Source: Acidobacteriota bacterium (GTDB lineage: Bacteria > Acidobacteriota > Thermoanaerobaculia > Multivoradales > JAHEKO01). From it: a DNA stretch of 64,000 nucleotides. The DNA lies in the NCBI GenBank assembly GCA_029862975.1, contig JAOTWP010000005.1, positions 4,484-68,483 on the forward strand, read 5' to 3'. Position 1 is the stretch's first letter. Every line of letters begins with the position of its first letter. This document shows positions 15,224 to 28,679 of this stretch, in pieces. The notes under the pieces are model-generated. The model had not been told where the DNA came from. It made no database searches and was given only the letters and a program-made list of their open reading frames with translations. The position numbers were made by a program, and so were the translations under genes.

Positions 15224-16939
15224 ATGAAGAAGCTGCTCGCGCTCCTCCTTTCCCTCGTCGCCGCGGCGGTCGTCGTCGCCATTGCCGCCCTCTACTTCGG
15301 TGCCGGATCGACGTCCGCCACGAGCGACGGCGTCATCCTGCGCCTGACCCTTTCGGAGCCCCTCGCGGACTATTCTCCGGCACCCCGAATACCGTTTTTC
15401 GGCAGCCCCCGAGGCGCCAGCCTGGTCGATCTCTACCAGACCCTGCGCGGCGCCCGAGCCGACCCGCAAGTCCAGGGCCTGGCCGTCTACATCCATCGCG
15501 CCGCCCTCGGTCTCGCGCAGGCCGAGGAGGTACGCCGTCTGATCCGTGGCTTCGCGGACGGCGGCAAGCACGTCGAGTGCTACCTCGAGACGGCCGGTGA
15601 GGGCTCGAACGGCACCCTCGCCTACTACCTGGCGACCGCCTGCCCGGTGATCACGCTGGCGCCGGCGGGCGAGCTCAACATCGTCGGCCTCTTCGTCGAT
15701 ACGGCCTTCTTCCGCGGCGGCCTCGACAAGCTCAAGATCGAGCCCGAGTTCGAGTACGCGGGCGACTACAAGAGCGCCGCGGAGTCGTTCACCGAGTTCC
15801 AGCACTCGAGCAGCGCGCGCGAGGCGCTGTCCTCTCTTCTGGACGATCTCTACGATCGGATCGTCTCGGACGTGGCCGCGGGGCGCGACCTCACCGCCTC
15901 GCGGATCCGGCAGCTGATCGACGCGGCTCCCTACGGCGCGGCGCAGGCGCTCGAGCTGGGACTGGTCGACCGCCTGGCGTATCCGGACCAGTTCGAGGAC
16001 ACCCTGGCGACCGCCATGGGCGACGGTGATCGGCGCTGGATCGACGTGGCGGACTACCAGCCGCCGAGCCGCCGCTTCGGCAAGGCCAAGATCGCCATCG
16101 CGTTCGCCCAGGGCGAGATCGTTCGCGGACGCGGCGGGTTCGATCCGTGGAGCCGGCGGATGTTCGTCGGCGCCGACGGCTTCGGCGAGGTGCTCGAGAG
16201 CTTGATCGAGGACGAATCGATCGCGGCCGTCGTTCTTCGGGTCGACAGTCCCGGCGGCTCGGCGCAGGCTTCCGACCTGCTCCTGCACCAGGTCGAGCGG
16301 CTGGCGGCCGTCAAGCCGGTCGTCGTGTCGATGTCGAGCCTCGCCGCCTCCGGCGGCTACTACATCTCCAGCAAGGCCCACCACATCGTCGCCGAGGCGA
16401 CCAGCCTTACCGGCTCGATCGGGGTGATCGCCGGCCGCCTGTTGACGGGGCGCTTCCAGCAAGAGCTCCTCGGAATCAGTCACGACAGCGTCAAGCGCGG
16501 CGCCAACGCCGACTACTTCGCCGGCCTCGAGCCGATGAACCCCGCCCAGCGCGAGCGCTTCGTCGAAGCCATCGAACGCACCTACGACACCTTCGTCGGC
16601 CACGTCGCCGCGGGCCGCGGCATGGAGCGCGAGGCCGTCGACGCCGTGGCGCAAGGGCGAATCTGGAGCGGGCAGAGGGCCCTCGAAAAAGGCCTGATCG
16701 ACGAGGTCGGCGGCTTCGAAGAGGCTCTCGCCGCGGCGGCGGCCGCCGCCGGGATCGAGCGCGAGAACACCGTCCTCGTCCTCTATCCTCGCGCGCCGAC
16801 CCTGCTCGAGCTGCTCGCCGGCGAGGGCGCCCCGGGGCTCGTCGCCGGCTGGCTGCGGCAACACCTCGCGGCGCCGATCTCCCTGCCCTACACCCTCGAA
16901 GTGGCGCCGGAGATCGGCCGTTTCAGCACTCCCTTTTGA
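15224..16939 (+). CDS. sppA: signal peptide peptidase SppA, 67K type (two S49 domains)
   Basis: Start MKKLLALLLSLVAAAVVVAIAALY forms a membrane anchor. Contains two S49 modules (VLRVDSPGGSAQASD..., SLAASGGYYISS). Confidence 0.88.
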   Translation: MKKLLALLLSLVAAAVVVAIAALYFGAGSTSATSDGVILRLTLSEPLADYSPAPRIPFFGSPRGASLVDLYQTLRGARADPQVQGLAVYIHRAALGLAQAEEVRRLIRGFADGGKHVECYLETAGEGSNGTLAYYLATACPVITLAPAGELNIVGLFVDTAFFRGGLDKLKIEPEFEYAGDYKSAAESFTEFQHSSSAREALSSLLDDLYDRIVSDVAAGRDLTASRIRQLIDAAPYGAAQALELGLVDRLAYPDQFEDTLATAMGDGDRRWIDVADYQPPSRRFGKAKIAIAFAQGEIVRGRGGFDPWSRRMFVGADGFGEVLESLIEDESIAAVVLRVDSPGGSAQASDLLLHQVERLAAVKPVVVSMSSLAASGGYYISSKAHHIVAEATSLTGSIGVIAGRLLTGRFQQELLGISHDSVKRGANADYFAGLEPMNPAQRERFVEAIERTYDTFVGHVAAGRGMEREAVDAVAQGRIWSGQRALEKGLIDEVGGFEEALAAAAAAAGIERENTVLVLYPRAPTLLELLAGEGAPGLVAGWLRQHLAAPISLPYTLEVAPEIGRFSTPF

Positions 16940-16956
16940 ACCTCGGCCGCCGCCGC

Positions 16957-16984
16957 TTGCGGCTCCCTCCGGCTGTGCTAACAT
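16957..16984 (+). promoter_or_regulatory. candidate dnaA promoter (TTGCGG-N16-TAACAT with TGn extended -10)
   Basis: The -35 is TTGCGG at 16957-16962. The extended -10 is TGcTAACAT at 16976-16984. Confidence 0.4.
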
Positions 16985-17065
16985 CGCCAGCCCTCGTTGA
17001 GTGAAGCACCGCGTTTAGCGACCAAATCAGAGCGTTTTCTCGATACGGGACTACGTTCAACAAGT

Positions 17066-17084
17066 TTTCCACAGCCTGTGGAAA
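17066..17084. promoter_or_regulatory. pair of convergent DnaA boxes forming a 19-bp palindrome just upstream of dnaA
   Basis: TTTCCACAGcCTGTGGAAA has 9-bp arms. The left box in context, TTTTCCACA (17065-17073), fits the DnaA box consensus TTWTNCACA. Lies 10 nt upstream of the dnaA ATG. Confidence 0.6.
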
Positions 17085-17094
17085 GCGGGCGGGC

Positions 17095-18396
17095 ATGGCT
17101 CAAGCACTCTGGCAGCGCCTTCAAGACAACCTCCAACGCGAGCTGGACCCGGAAGAGTTCACGACCTGGTTTCGGCCGCTCAAGGTTCGTGAGGAGAGCG
17201 CCGACAGCCTGATCCTGTCGGCGCCCAGCGAGCGTTTTCTCCACACCCTCGAGCAGAGCTACCGGCCGGCGGTCGACCGCGCCATCAGCGAGCTCAAGGG
17301 CTCCGCCTTCCGCGTGCTCTTCGCCGTCGAGACCGCGGCCTCCCCCGGCCGCCAGGCCACCGGCGGCGAGGCCGACGGCGGCGAGGCGTTCAATCCGCGC
17401 TATACCTTCAAGACCTTCGTCGTCGGCAACTCCAACCAGTTCGCCCACGCCGCCGCGCGCTCGATCTCCAACCGCCCGGCGGAGAGCTACAACCCGCTGT
17501 TCCTCTACGCGGGCGTCGGGCTCGGCAAGACCCACCTGCTGCACGCCACGGGTCATGCGATCGCCAAGAAGCACCCCGGTCTGAGGGTGATGTACCTGCC
17601 CGCCGAGCAGTTCGTCAACGAGCTCATCAGCTCGCTGCGCTTCAACCGGATGCCGGAGTTCCGGGAGCGCTACCGCTCGATCGACGTGCTGATGGTCGAC
17701 GACATCCAGTTCCTCGCCAACAAGGAGCGTACCCAGGAGGAGTTCTTCCACACGTTCAACACCCTCTACACGCGGCAGAAGCAGATCATCCTCTCTTCGG
17801 ACTCCTCGCCGCGCGACATCCGCGACCTCGAAGAGCGGCTTCGCAGCCGCTTCGAATGGGGTCTCATCGCCGACATCCAGCCGCCCGACCTCGAGACCAA
17901 GGTGGCCATTCTGCGGCGCAAGGCCGACCAGGAGCGCGTGGCGCTGCCCGACGACGTGGCGCTCTTCATCGCTTCCCAGGTGAAGTCGAACATCCGCGAG
18001 CTCGAGGGGCGGCTCAACCGCGTCGTGGCGTTCGCCTCCCTGACCGCCAAGCCCATCACGCTCGAGCTGACGAAAGAGACCCTCAAGGACATGCTGGCGG
18101 ACGGCAACCGCCGCATCCTGGCCTCGGAGATCACGAAACACGTCGCCCGCCACTACGGCCTCAAGGTCAACGAGATCAAGAGCAAGAACAACTCCAAGCA
18201 GATCGCCTTTCCGCGGCAGGTCGCCATGTATCTGTGCAAGCGCCTGACCGATCTCTCGTACCCCGAGATCGGCAAGCAGTTCAACGACAAGCACCACTCC
18301 ACGGTCATGTACTCGGTCGAGAAGATCGAGGCGCTGCGAGCCCAGGACCCGGACCTCGACCGGACGATCAAGGGCTGGATCCACCACTTCTCCTGA
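17095..18396 (+). CDS. dnaA: chromosomal replication initiator protein DnaA
   Basis: AAA+ core (LFLYAGVGLGKTHLLHA, VLMVDDIQFL) and a C-terminal DNA-binding domain (FPRQVAMYLCKRLTDLSYPEIGKQFNDKHHSTVMYSVEKI). Confidence 0.96.
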   Translation: MAQALWQRLQDNLQRELDPEEFTTWFRPLKVREESADSLILSAPSERFLHTLEQSYRPAVDRAISELKGSAFRVLFAVETAASPGRQATGGEADGGEAFNPRYTFKTFVVGNSNQFAHAAARSISNRPAESYNPLFLYAGVGLGKTHLLHATGHAIAKKHPGLRVMYLPAEQFVNELISSLRFNRMPEFRERYRSIDVLMVDDIQFLANKERTQEEFFHTFNTLYTRQKQIILSSDSSPRDIRDLEERLRSRFEWGLIADIQPPDLETKVAILRRKADQERVALPDDVALFIASQVKSNIRELEGRLNRVVAFASLTAKPITLELTKETLKDMLADGNRRILASEITKHVARHYGLKVNEIKSKNNSKQIAFPRQVAMYLCKRLTDLSYPEIGKQFNDKHHSTVMYSVEKIEALRAQDPDLDRTIKGWIHHFS

Positions 18397-18439
18397 CGCC
18401 GCGGCCGCGGCGCGCCGCCGGCGGGCGACGCCGCGCGGC

Positions 18440-18670
18440 ACCGGCAAAAAAGCTGCGGATCGCGCGGCGGACGGGCTGTGGAGAACCGCGCGTCGGCCCG
18501 CCGGGAGCGCGTTTTCCGCCGTCGGTCCGCAGGCGACGAACAGCCGGTTTCCGCACCCTGCGGACGCCTGAGCGCCCCGCCCGGGATGAGCTCGCGGCTC
18601 GCTTTCCGCACTCTCCGCAGCCGCTACTACTACGACGGCTATGCTATATACTCCCTCTCTTCCAGGAAGA
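18440..18670. other. candidate oriC: cluster of degenerate DnaA-box-like repeats followed by an AT-rich element
   Basis: Six exact TCCGCA/TGCGGA hexamers start at 18454, 18526, 18551, 18559, 18606 and 18614. Two sit in identical TTTCCGCAC 9-mers (18548, 18603). TTTTCCGCC (18512) and TGTGGAGAA (18477) are also present. The AT-richest stretch of the region, CTACTACTACGACGGCTATGCTATATACTCC, follows at 18625-18655. Confidence 0.5.
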
Positions 18671-18680
18671 AGAAGGTGCC

Positions 18681-19775
18681 ATGGAAATCCGCCTCGATCG
18701 CTCGAAGTTCCTCTCGGAGCTCGGTCCCATGCAGGGAATCGTCGAACGTCGAACGACGATCCCGGTGCTGTCGCACATCCTTCTCCGGGCCGACGGCCAG
18801 CGGCTGTCGCTGGCCGCGACCGACCTCGACGTCTCCTTGACCTCGTGGGTCGAAGCGGACGTGACCGCCGCCGGCGGAGTGGCCGTCCAGGCCAAGAAGT
18901 TCATCGAGATCATCCGCGCCCTCTCCGACGAGGAGATCACCCTCCTTCAGGAGGGCGAGAAGCGGCTGGCCATCGTCGCGGAGCGCTCGCGGTTCCAGAT
19001 CAACGGTCTCTCCCCGGAGGACTTTCCGACCCTTCCGCAGGTGGAGGGAACGGTTCAGGAGATCCCCTTCAACCAGGTCAAGGAGATGATCTCCAAGGTG
19101 CTCTTCGCCGTCTCCACGGAGGAGTCGCGATTCCAGCTCAACGGCGCCCTCTTCAAGTTGAAGCAGGGCGGGCTCGAGATGGTCGCGACCGACGGCCACC
19201 GTCTGGCGCTGGTCGAGAACGCTCTCGACGGTGGCCGCGACGAGGACGGCGTGCTCGTGCCGCGCAAGGCGCTGCAGGAGCTGCAGCGCTTCGAGGGCGA
19301 CGGTGCGCTCAGTCTGTGCCGCGGCGAGCACCATCTCGCCTTCCGGCTGGGGCGCAGGGAGCTCGTCTGCAGGATCCTCGAAGGGACCTTCCCGGACTAC
19401 GAGCGGGTGATCGCCAAGGACAACGACAAGAAGGTGTCGTTCGCGCGGAAGGACCTCGCGACGGCCGTGCAGCGGGTGGCCCTGCTGACGGGTGACCGCA
19501 CCCGGGCGGTGCGCTTCCAGTTCGAGGACGGCAAGCTCAACATCTCGGCCGCGAACCCCGATCTCGGCGAGGCGATGGAAGAGGTCTCGTGCGACTACGC
19601 GGGTGCGGCCTTCTCGCTCGGCATCAACCCCGACTACATGAGCCACTTCCTGGCCGTCGTCGACACCGAGCGGGTCCGTTTCGAGCTCAAGGACGAGAAC
19701 TCGCAGTGCGTCGGACTGCCGGTGGACGGCGAGGATCGGCGCTATCTCTGCGTCATCATGCCGATGCGGGTCTGA
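18681..19775 (+). CDS. dnaN: DNA polymerase III beta sliding clamp
   Basis: 364 aa starting MEIRLDRSKFLSELGPMQGIVERRTTIPVLSHILL, with a GAAGAAGAAGG Shine-Dalgarno upstream. The ORF-track entry 17856-19775 is a read-through of the spacer. Confidence 0.95.
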   Translation: MEIRLDRSKFLSELGPMQGIVERRTTIPVLSHILLRADGQRLSLAATDLDVSLTSWVEADVTAAGGVAVQAKKFIEIIRALSDEEITLLQEGEKRLAIVAERSRFQINGLSPEDFPTLPQVEGTVQEIPFNQVKEMISKVLFAVSTEESRFQLNGALFKLKQGGLEMVATDGHRLALVENALDGGRDEDGVLVPRKALQELQRFEGDGALSLCRGEHHLAFRLGRRELVCRILEGTFPDYERVIAKDNDKKVSFARKDLATAVQRVALLTGDRTRAVRFQFEDGKLNISAANPDLGEAMEEVSCDYAGAAFSLGINPDYMSHFLAVVDTERVRFELKDENSQCVGLPVDGEDRRYLCVIMPMRV

Positions 19776-19943
19776 GGGCGGCGGGCGGGCGCCGCTCGGC
19801 TCGGCGGGCGTTGGCGGGCGCCCGCGGAAGGCGTTTTTGCGCCTCGTGTACGCCCGTTCCCGCGGTCTCCCACGGCGCAGCGCCGGCGCCTCTCTAAGTA
19901 TCTGTAAACAAACGGTTTATTGCTTGTTTTTCGGCCGCGTTCT

Positions 19944-22457
<2,514 letters not shown>

Positions 22458-22518
22458 CGGCGAGCGGCGGAGCCGCTCCGCCGCCGGCCCGAAGCAACGA
22501 CCTGCGAGCAAGAAGCCC

Positions 22519-25026
<2,508 letters not shown>

Positions 25027-25050
25027 CCGGCGCGCGGAGCTCGTCGAGCG

Positions 25051-25620
25051 GTGGAACGGCCGGCCCCGCGCTCCCGGTTCTACGCTCTCGCCTGGCTCTT
25101 CTATCTGCTGCTGGCGCTGGCCGGCGTCGTCTGGGTCGGCTGGCGCGGCGACCTCGGCTGGGCGCTCTTCGCCGACCCCGCGAGCTGGTGGCGCGACCTG
25201 GCCGCCGGCCTCGCGGCGGGCGGCGTCCTCATCGCGCTGTGGGCCCTGGCCGTGCGCCGGCTGGCGGCGGCGCGCGCCGTCGAGGGGCACGTCGCCGGAC
25301 TGCTGGGCGAGGTGCACCGCGACGAGATCTTCGCCCTGGCCGTGATCTCGAGCGTCGCCGAGGAGATCTTCTTCCGCGGCGGAGTGCAGGGCCAGTGGGG
25401 CTGGCCGTGGGCGACGGCGCTCTTTGCGGTGCTGCACAGCGGACCCGGGCGGTCCTTCCGGCTGTGGACGCTCTTTGCCCTCGTCGCCGGACTGGTCTTC
25501 GCGGGACTGACCGAGTGGAGCGGCAACCTCCTCGCCGCGATCGTGGCCCACGGCGCGGTCAACGGGGTCAACCTCCGCCGGCTGGCGCGCCGGCGGGCGG
25601 GGCCGAAAGAAGGGAGCTAG
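25051..25620 (+). CDS. CPBP family intramembrane glutamic endopeptidase (CAAX protease-like)
   Basis: Multi-pass membrane protein with the SVAEEIFFRGG (EExxxR) and FAVLH / IVAHGAVN motifs. Confidence 0.8.
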   Translation: MERPAPRSRFYALAWLFYLLLALAGVVWVGWRGDLGWALFADPASWWRDLAAGLAAGGVLIALWALAVRRLAAARAVEGHVAGLLGEVHRDEIFALAVISSVAEEIFFRGGVQGQWGWPWATALFAVLHSGPGRSFRLWTLFALVAGLVFAGLTEWSGNLLAAIVAHGAVNGVNLRRLARRRAGPKEGS

Positions 25621-25649
25621 CCCGGCGCCGAGGGCCCGTCGGCGACCCC

Positions 25650-25658
25650 TGCTAGACT
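25650..25658 (+). promoter_or_regulatory. candidate extended -10 promoter (TGcTAGACT) of the M20/CYTH/NTase/HAD operon
   Basis: Lies 33 nt upstream of ATG 25692. It is part of the 15-mer CCTGCTAGACTGCCG, which recurs at 29462-29476. Confidence 0.4.
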
Positions 25659-25691
25659 GCCGCTCCCGGTTTCGCGGAGGCGACGAGAACG

Positions 25692-27074
25692 ATGGCTAAC
25701 GAAAGCTCAGACGTGATGGCGCGCATCGAGCGCGAGAAGACGACCTATCTCGAGGAGCTCAAGGACTACCTGCGCATTCCCTCGATCTCGACGGATCCGG
25801 CGTACGGGAGCGAGGTGCTGCGCTGTGCCGGATTCGCGCTCGAGCGCATGCGCGAGGCGGGCCTGACGGCGCAGCTCCTGGAGACCGCGGGCTATCCCCT
25901 CGTCTATGGCGAGTGGCTGGGCGCGCCGGGGCAGCCCACCCTGCTCTTCTACGGCCACTACGACGTGCAGCCGGTCGACCCGGTCGAGCTGTGGCGTCAC
26001 GATCCCTTCGAGCCGACCGAGGAGGGCGACGAGCTCGTGGCGCGGGGCGCCACCGACGACAAGGGACAGTCGTTCGCCCAGCTCAAGGGGGTCGCGGCGA
26101 CGCTGGCCGAGCGCGGCGCGCTCCCCGTCAACGTCAAGTTCATCCTCGAGGGCGAGGAAGAAAGCGGCGGCGAGTCGATCGACGCCTTCGTGCGCGCCGA
26201 CGCCGGCGCGCGGCTCTCCTGTGACGCGGTCGTGGTCTCGGACAGCTCGATGTTCGCCCCCGGCCAGCCGTCGCTGCTCTACGGCCTCAAGGGGCTGCAG
26301 TACGTGGAGATCCACGTCACCGGTCCGAATCGCGACCTGCACTCGGGGACTTTCGGCGGCGCGGTCGCCAATCCGGCCAACGCCCTCGCCCACATCATCT
26401 CCCGGCTGCGCGACGCCGAGTCGGGGCGGATCCTCGTCCCCGGTTTCTACGACGACGTGCTGCCGCTCGCCGACTGGGAGCGCGAGGACTGGGCGCGACT
26501 GCCGCACGACGACGCGGCCTACATGAAGGAGCTCGGCGTGACCGAGCTGTCCGGCGAGGCCGGATACTCCACTCTCGAGCGCGCCTGGGCGCGGCCGACG
26601 TGCGACGTCAACGGCATCTGGGGGGGATACCAGGGGCACGGCGCCAAGACGGTGCTGCCGGCGACGGCGGGAGCCAAGGTCTCGATGCGGCTGGTGCCGC
26701 ACCAGAAGCCGGCGGACGTCGCGCGCCGCTTTCGCGAGTACGTCGCCTCCGTCGCGCCCGCCGGCGTGAGCGTCGAGGTCAAGAGCGTGCACGGGGCGCC
26801 GCCGGTGCTGGTCGAGATCGACGGCGAGCTGGCCGCGGCCGCGATGGCCGCCCAGGAGGACGTCTGGGGCAAAGCGCCGGTCAAGGTCCGTGAAGGGGGG
26901 TCGATCCCGGTGGTCGGGACCTTCTCGCAGGTGCTCGGCGTGCCCATTCTCCTCGTCGGCTTCGGGCTGCCCGACGATCGCCTGCACTCGCCGAACGAGA
27001 AGTTCAACATCAGCCACTTCTACAACGGCATCCGGACCGTCGTGCGCCTGCTCGAGCGCGCGGCGCGGGGGTGA
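25692..27074 (+). CDS. M20/M25/M40 family metallopeptidase (dipeptidase/ArgE-DapE-like)
   Basis: LFYGHYDVQPVD...RGATDDKGQ and a catalytic EGEEESGG motif. 460 aa. Confidence 0.85.
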   Translation: MANESSDVMARIEREKTTYLEELKDYLRIPSISTDPAYGSEVLRCAGFALERMREAGLTAQLLETAGYPLVYGEWLGAPGQPTLLFYGHYDVQPVDPVELWRHDPFEPTEEGDELVARGATDDKGQSFAQLKGVAATLAERGALPVNVKFILEGEEESGGESIDAFVRADAGARLSCDAVVVSDSSMFAPGQPSLLYGLKGLQYVEIHVTGPNRDLHSGTFGGAVANPANALAHIISRLRDAESGRILVPGFYDDVLPLADWEREDWARLPHDDAAYMKELGVTELSGEAGYSTLERAWARPTCDVNGIWGGYQGHGAKTVLPATAGAKVSMRLVPHQKPADVARRFREYVASVAPAGVSVEVKSVHGAPPVLVEIDGELAAAAMAAQEDVWGKAPVKVREGGSIPVVGTFSQVLGVPILLVGFGLPDDRLHSPNEKFNISHFYNGIRTVVRLLERAARG

Positions 27075-27631
27075 GCAGCGAGCGCGAGCTCAAGATCGCC
27101 GTCGGCGACCCGGCGGCGCTGCGCCGGCGCCTCCAAGGGCTGGGCGCCCGGCTCCTCCACGCCGAGGGCTTCGAGGACAACCTGGTCTGGGACCGCGGCG
27201 GCGAGCTGCGGGCCGCGGGATGCCTGCTGCGGCTGCGCGAAGACGGGCGCGGCGCGCGGCTGACGTTCAAGGGTCCGGCGAGCTTCGAGGACGGCGTCAA
27301 GGTCCGGGCCGAGCACGAGACGGCGATCGGCGACCCGGCGAGCGCGGCGGCCATTCTCCGCGCGCTCGGCTACGAGCAGGTGCGCCGCTACCAGAAGTAC
27401 CGGGAGGAGTGGCGACTCGCCGAGGTGACCGTCGCCCTCGACCGCACGCCGATCGGGGATTTCGCCGAGTTCGAGGGCGGCGGTGCGGCGGCGGTGGCGG
27501 CGCGGTGCGGCTGCCCACCGTCCACCGCCCTCGCGGCCGACTACCTCGCGCTCTACGAGGCCTTCCGGCAGCGCCACCCGGACGCCCCGGAGGACATGGT
27601 CTTCGCGCGCCGCGAGGGGGGCGATGGCTGA
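27071..27631 (+). CDS. CYTH-domain protein (triphosphate tunnel metalloenzyme family)
   Basis: GTG start overlapping the M20 stop (GTGA). Has an N-terminal ERELK (ExExK signature) and the later pattern LRLREDG...LTFKG...R.EHE. Confidence 0.75.
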   Translation: MSSERELKIAVGDPAALRRRLQGLGARLLHAEGFEDNLVWDRGGELRAAGCLLRLREDGRGARLTFKGPASFEDGVKVRAEHETAIGDPASAAAILRALGYEQVRRYQKYREEWRLAEVTVALDRTPIGDFAEFEGGGAAAVAARCGCPPSTALAADYLALYEAFRQRHPDAPEDMVFARREGGDG

Positions 27632-28679
27632 GCCGCGGCTGCGCGCGCTCGTCCTGGCCGCCGGTCGCGGCGAACGCCTGCGCCCCCTGACGGACGTCCT
27701 TCCCAAGCCCTTGCTGCCCATCCTCGGCGGGCCGGTGATCGAGCAGACCCTGGCCGCCCTGGCCGCCGTCGGCTGCGAGGCGGCGGCCATCAACCTCCAC
27801 CACCTCGGGGACGCGATCGAGGAGCGCCTCGGCGGCGCCTTCCACGGCATGCGGCTGACCTACTCGCGAGAGCCGCGGCTGCTGGGCACGCTGGGCGCGC
27901 TGGGCCCGCTCGCGGCGTTCGCGGCGGTGGCCGATCTCCTGCTGGTGATCAACGGCGACAGCCTCTGCCGCTGGCCGCTGGCGCGGCTGCTGCGGCGCCA
28001 CGCCGCGACCGGCGCCGCCGCAACGCTGCTCCTGACGACGAGAGCGAGCCCCAGGCAGTTCGGCGGCGGGGTCATCGTCCGGCCCGACGGCTCGATCGTG
28101 TCGCTGCGCGGCGGCACCCGCGGCAAGGAGGAGCGGCGGCGGGTGTTCGCCGGGGCGCACGTCCTGGCGCCGGCGCTGCTCGGGCGGGCGGCGAAAGCGC
28201 TCGGGGACGGGCCGGCGGACTTCGTGGAGGATCTCTACATGCCGCTGCTGCGCGCCGGCGAGGCGCTGCAGAGCGTGGAGACGCGGCGCCACTGGCACGA
28301 TCTGGGCACGCCCGAGCGCTACCTTGCCGGGGCCCACGACTGGGGCCTGGGGCGTTGGCCGCGGCGCCTGTGGCGCCGCAACTGGCTCGCTCCGGGGACC
28401 GAGGTGAGCGCGCGCGCGCTGGTCCGTGGGTCCGTGATCGAGCGCGGCGCGACGATCGAGGCGGGGTGCAGGATCGAGCGCTCGCTGATCCTGGGCGGGG
28501 CCCACGTCGGCGCGGCGAGCCGGATCCGGCGGGCCATCGTGGGGCCCGACGTCGTGGTGCCCGAGGGCTCGACGATCAAGCGGCGCATGGTGACGGCGGC
28601 GCGCGCCGACCTCGTCCCGCCGGCGAGGGACTCGAGCGTCGGCGGGCTGGTCTACACGCGGCTCGGCGGGTCGAGATGA
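27624..28679 (+). CDS. sugar-phosphate nucleotidyltransferase with a C-terminal left-handed beta-helix
   Basis: LVLAAGRGERLRPLTDVLPKPLLPI (GxGxRLxPLT..KP signature) and C-terminal hexapeptide repeats (GSVIERGATIEAGCRIERSLILGGAHVGAASRI). Overlaps the CYTH gene by 8 nt. Confidence 0.8.
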   Translation: MAEPRLRALVLAAGRGERLRPLTDVLPKPLLPILGGPVIEQTLAALAAVGCEAAAINLHHLGDAIEERLGGAFHGMRLTYSREPRLLGTLGALGPLAAFAAVADLLLVINGDSLCRWPLARLLRRHAATGAAATLLLTTRASPRQFGGGVIVRPDGSIVSLRGGTRGKEERRRVFAGAHVLAPALLGRAAKALGDGPADFVEDLYMPLLRAGEALQSVETRRHWHDLGTPERYLAGAHDWGLGRWPRRLWRRNWLAPGTEVSARALVRGSVIERGATIEAGCRIERSLILGGAHVGAASRIRRAIVGPDVVVPEGSTIKRRMVTAARADLVPPARDSSVGGLVYTRLGGSR

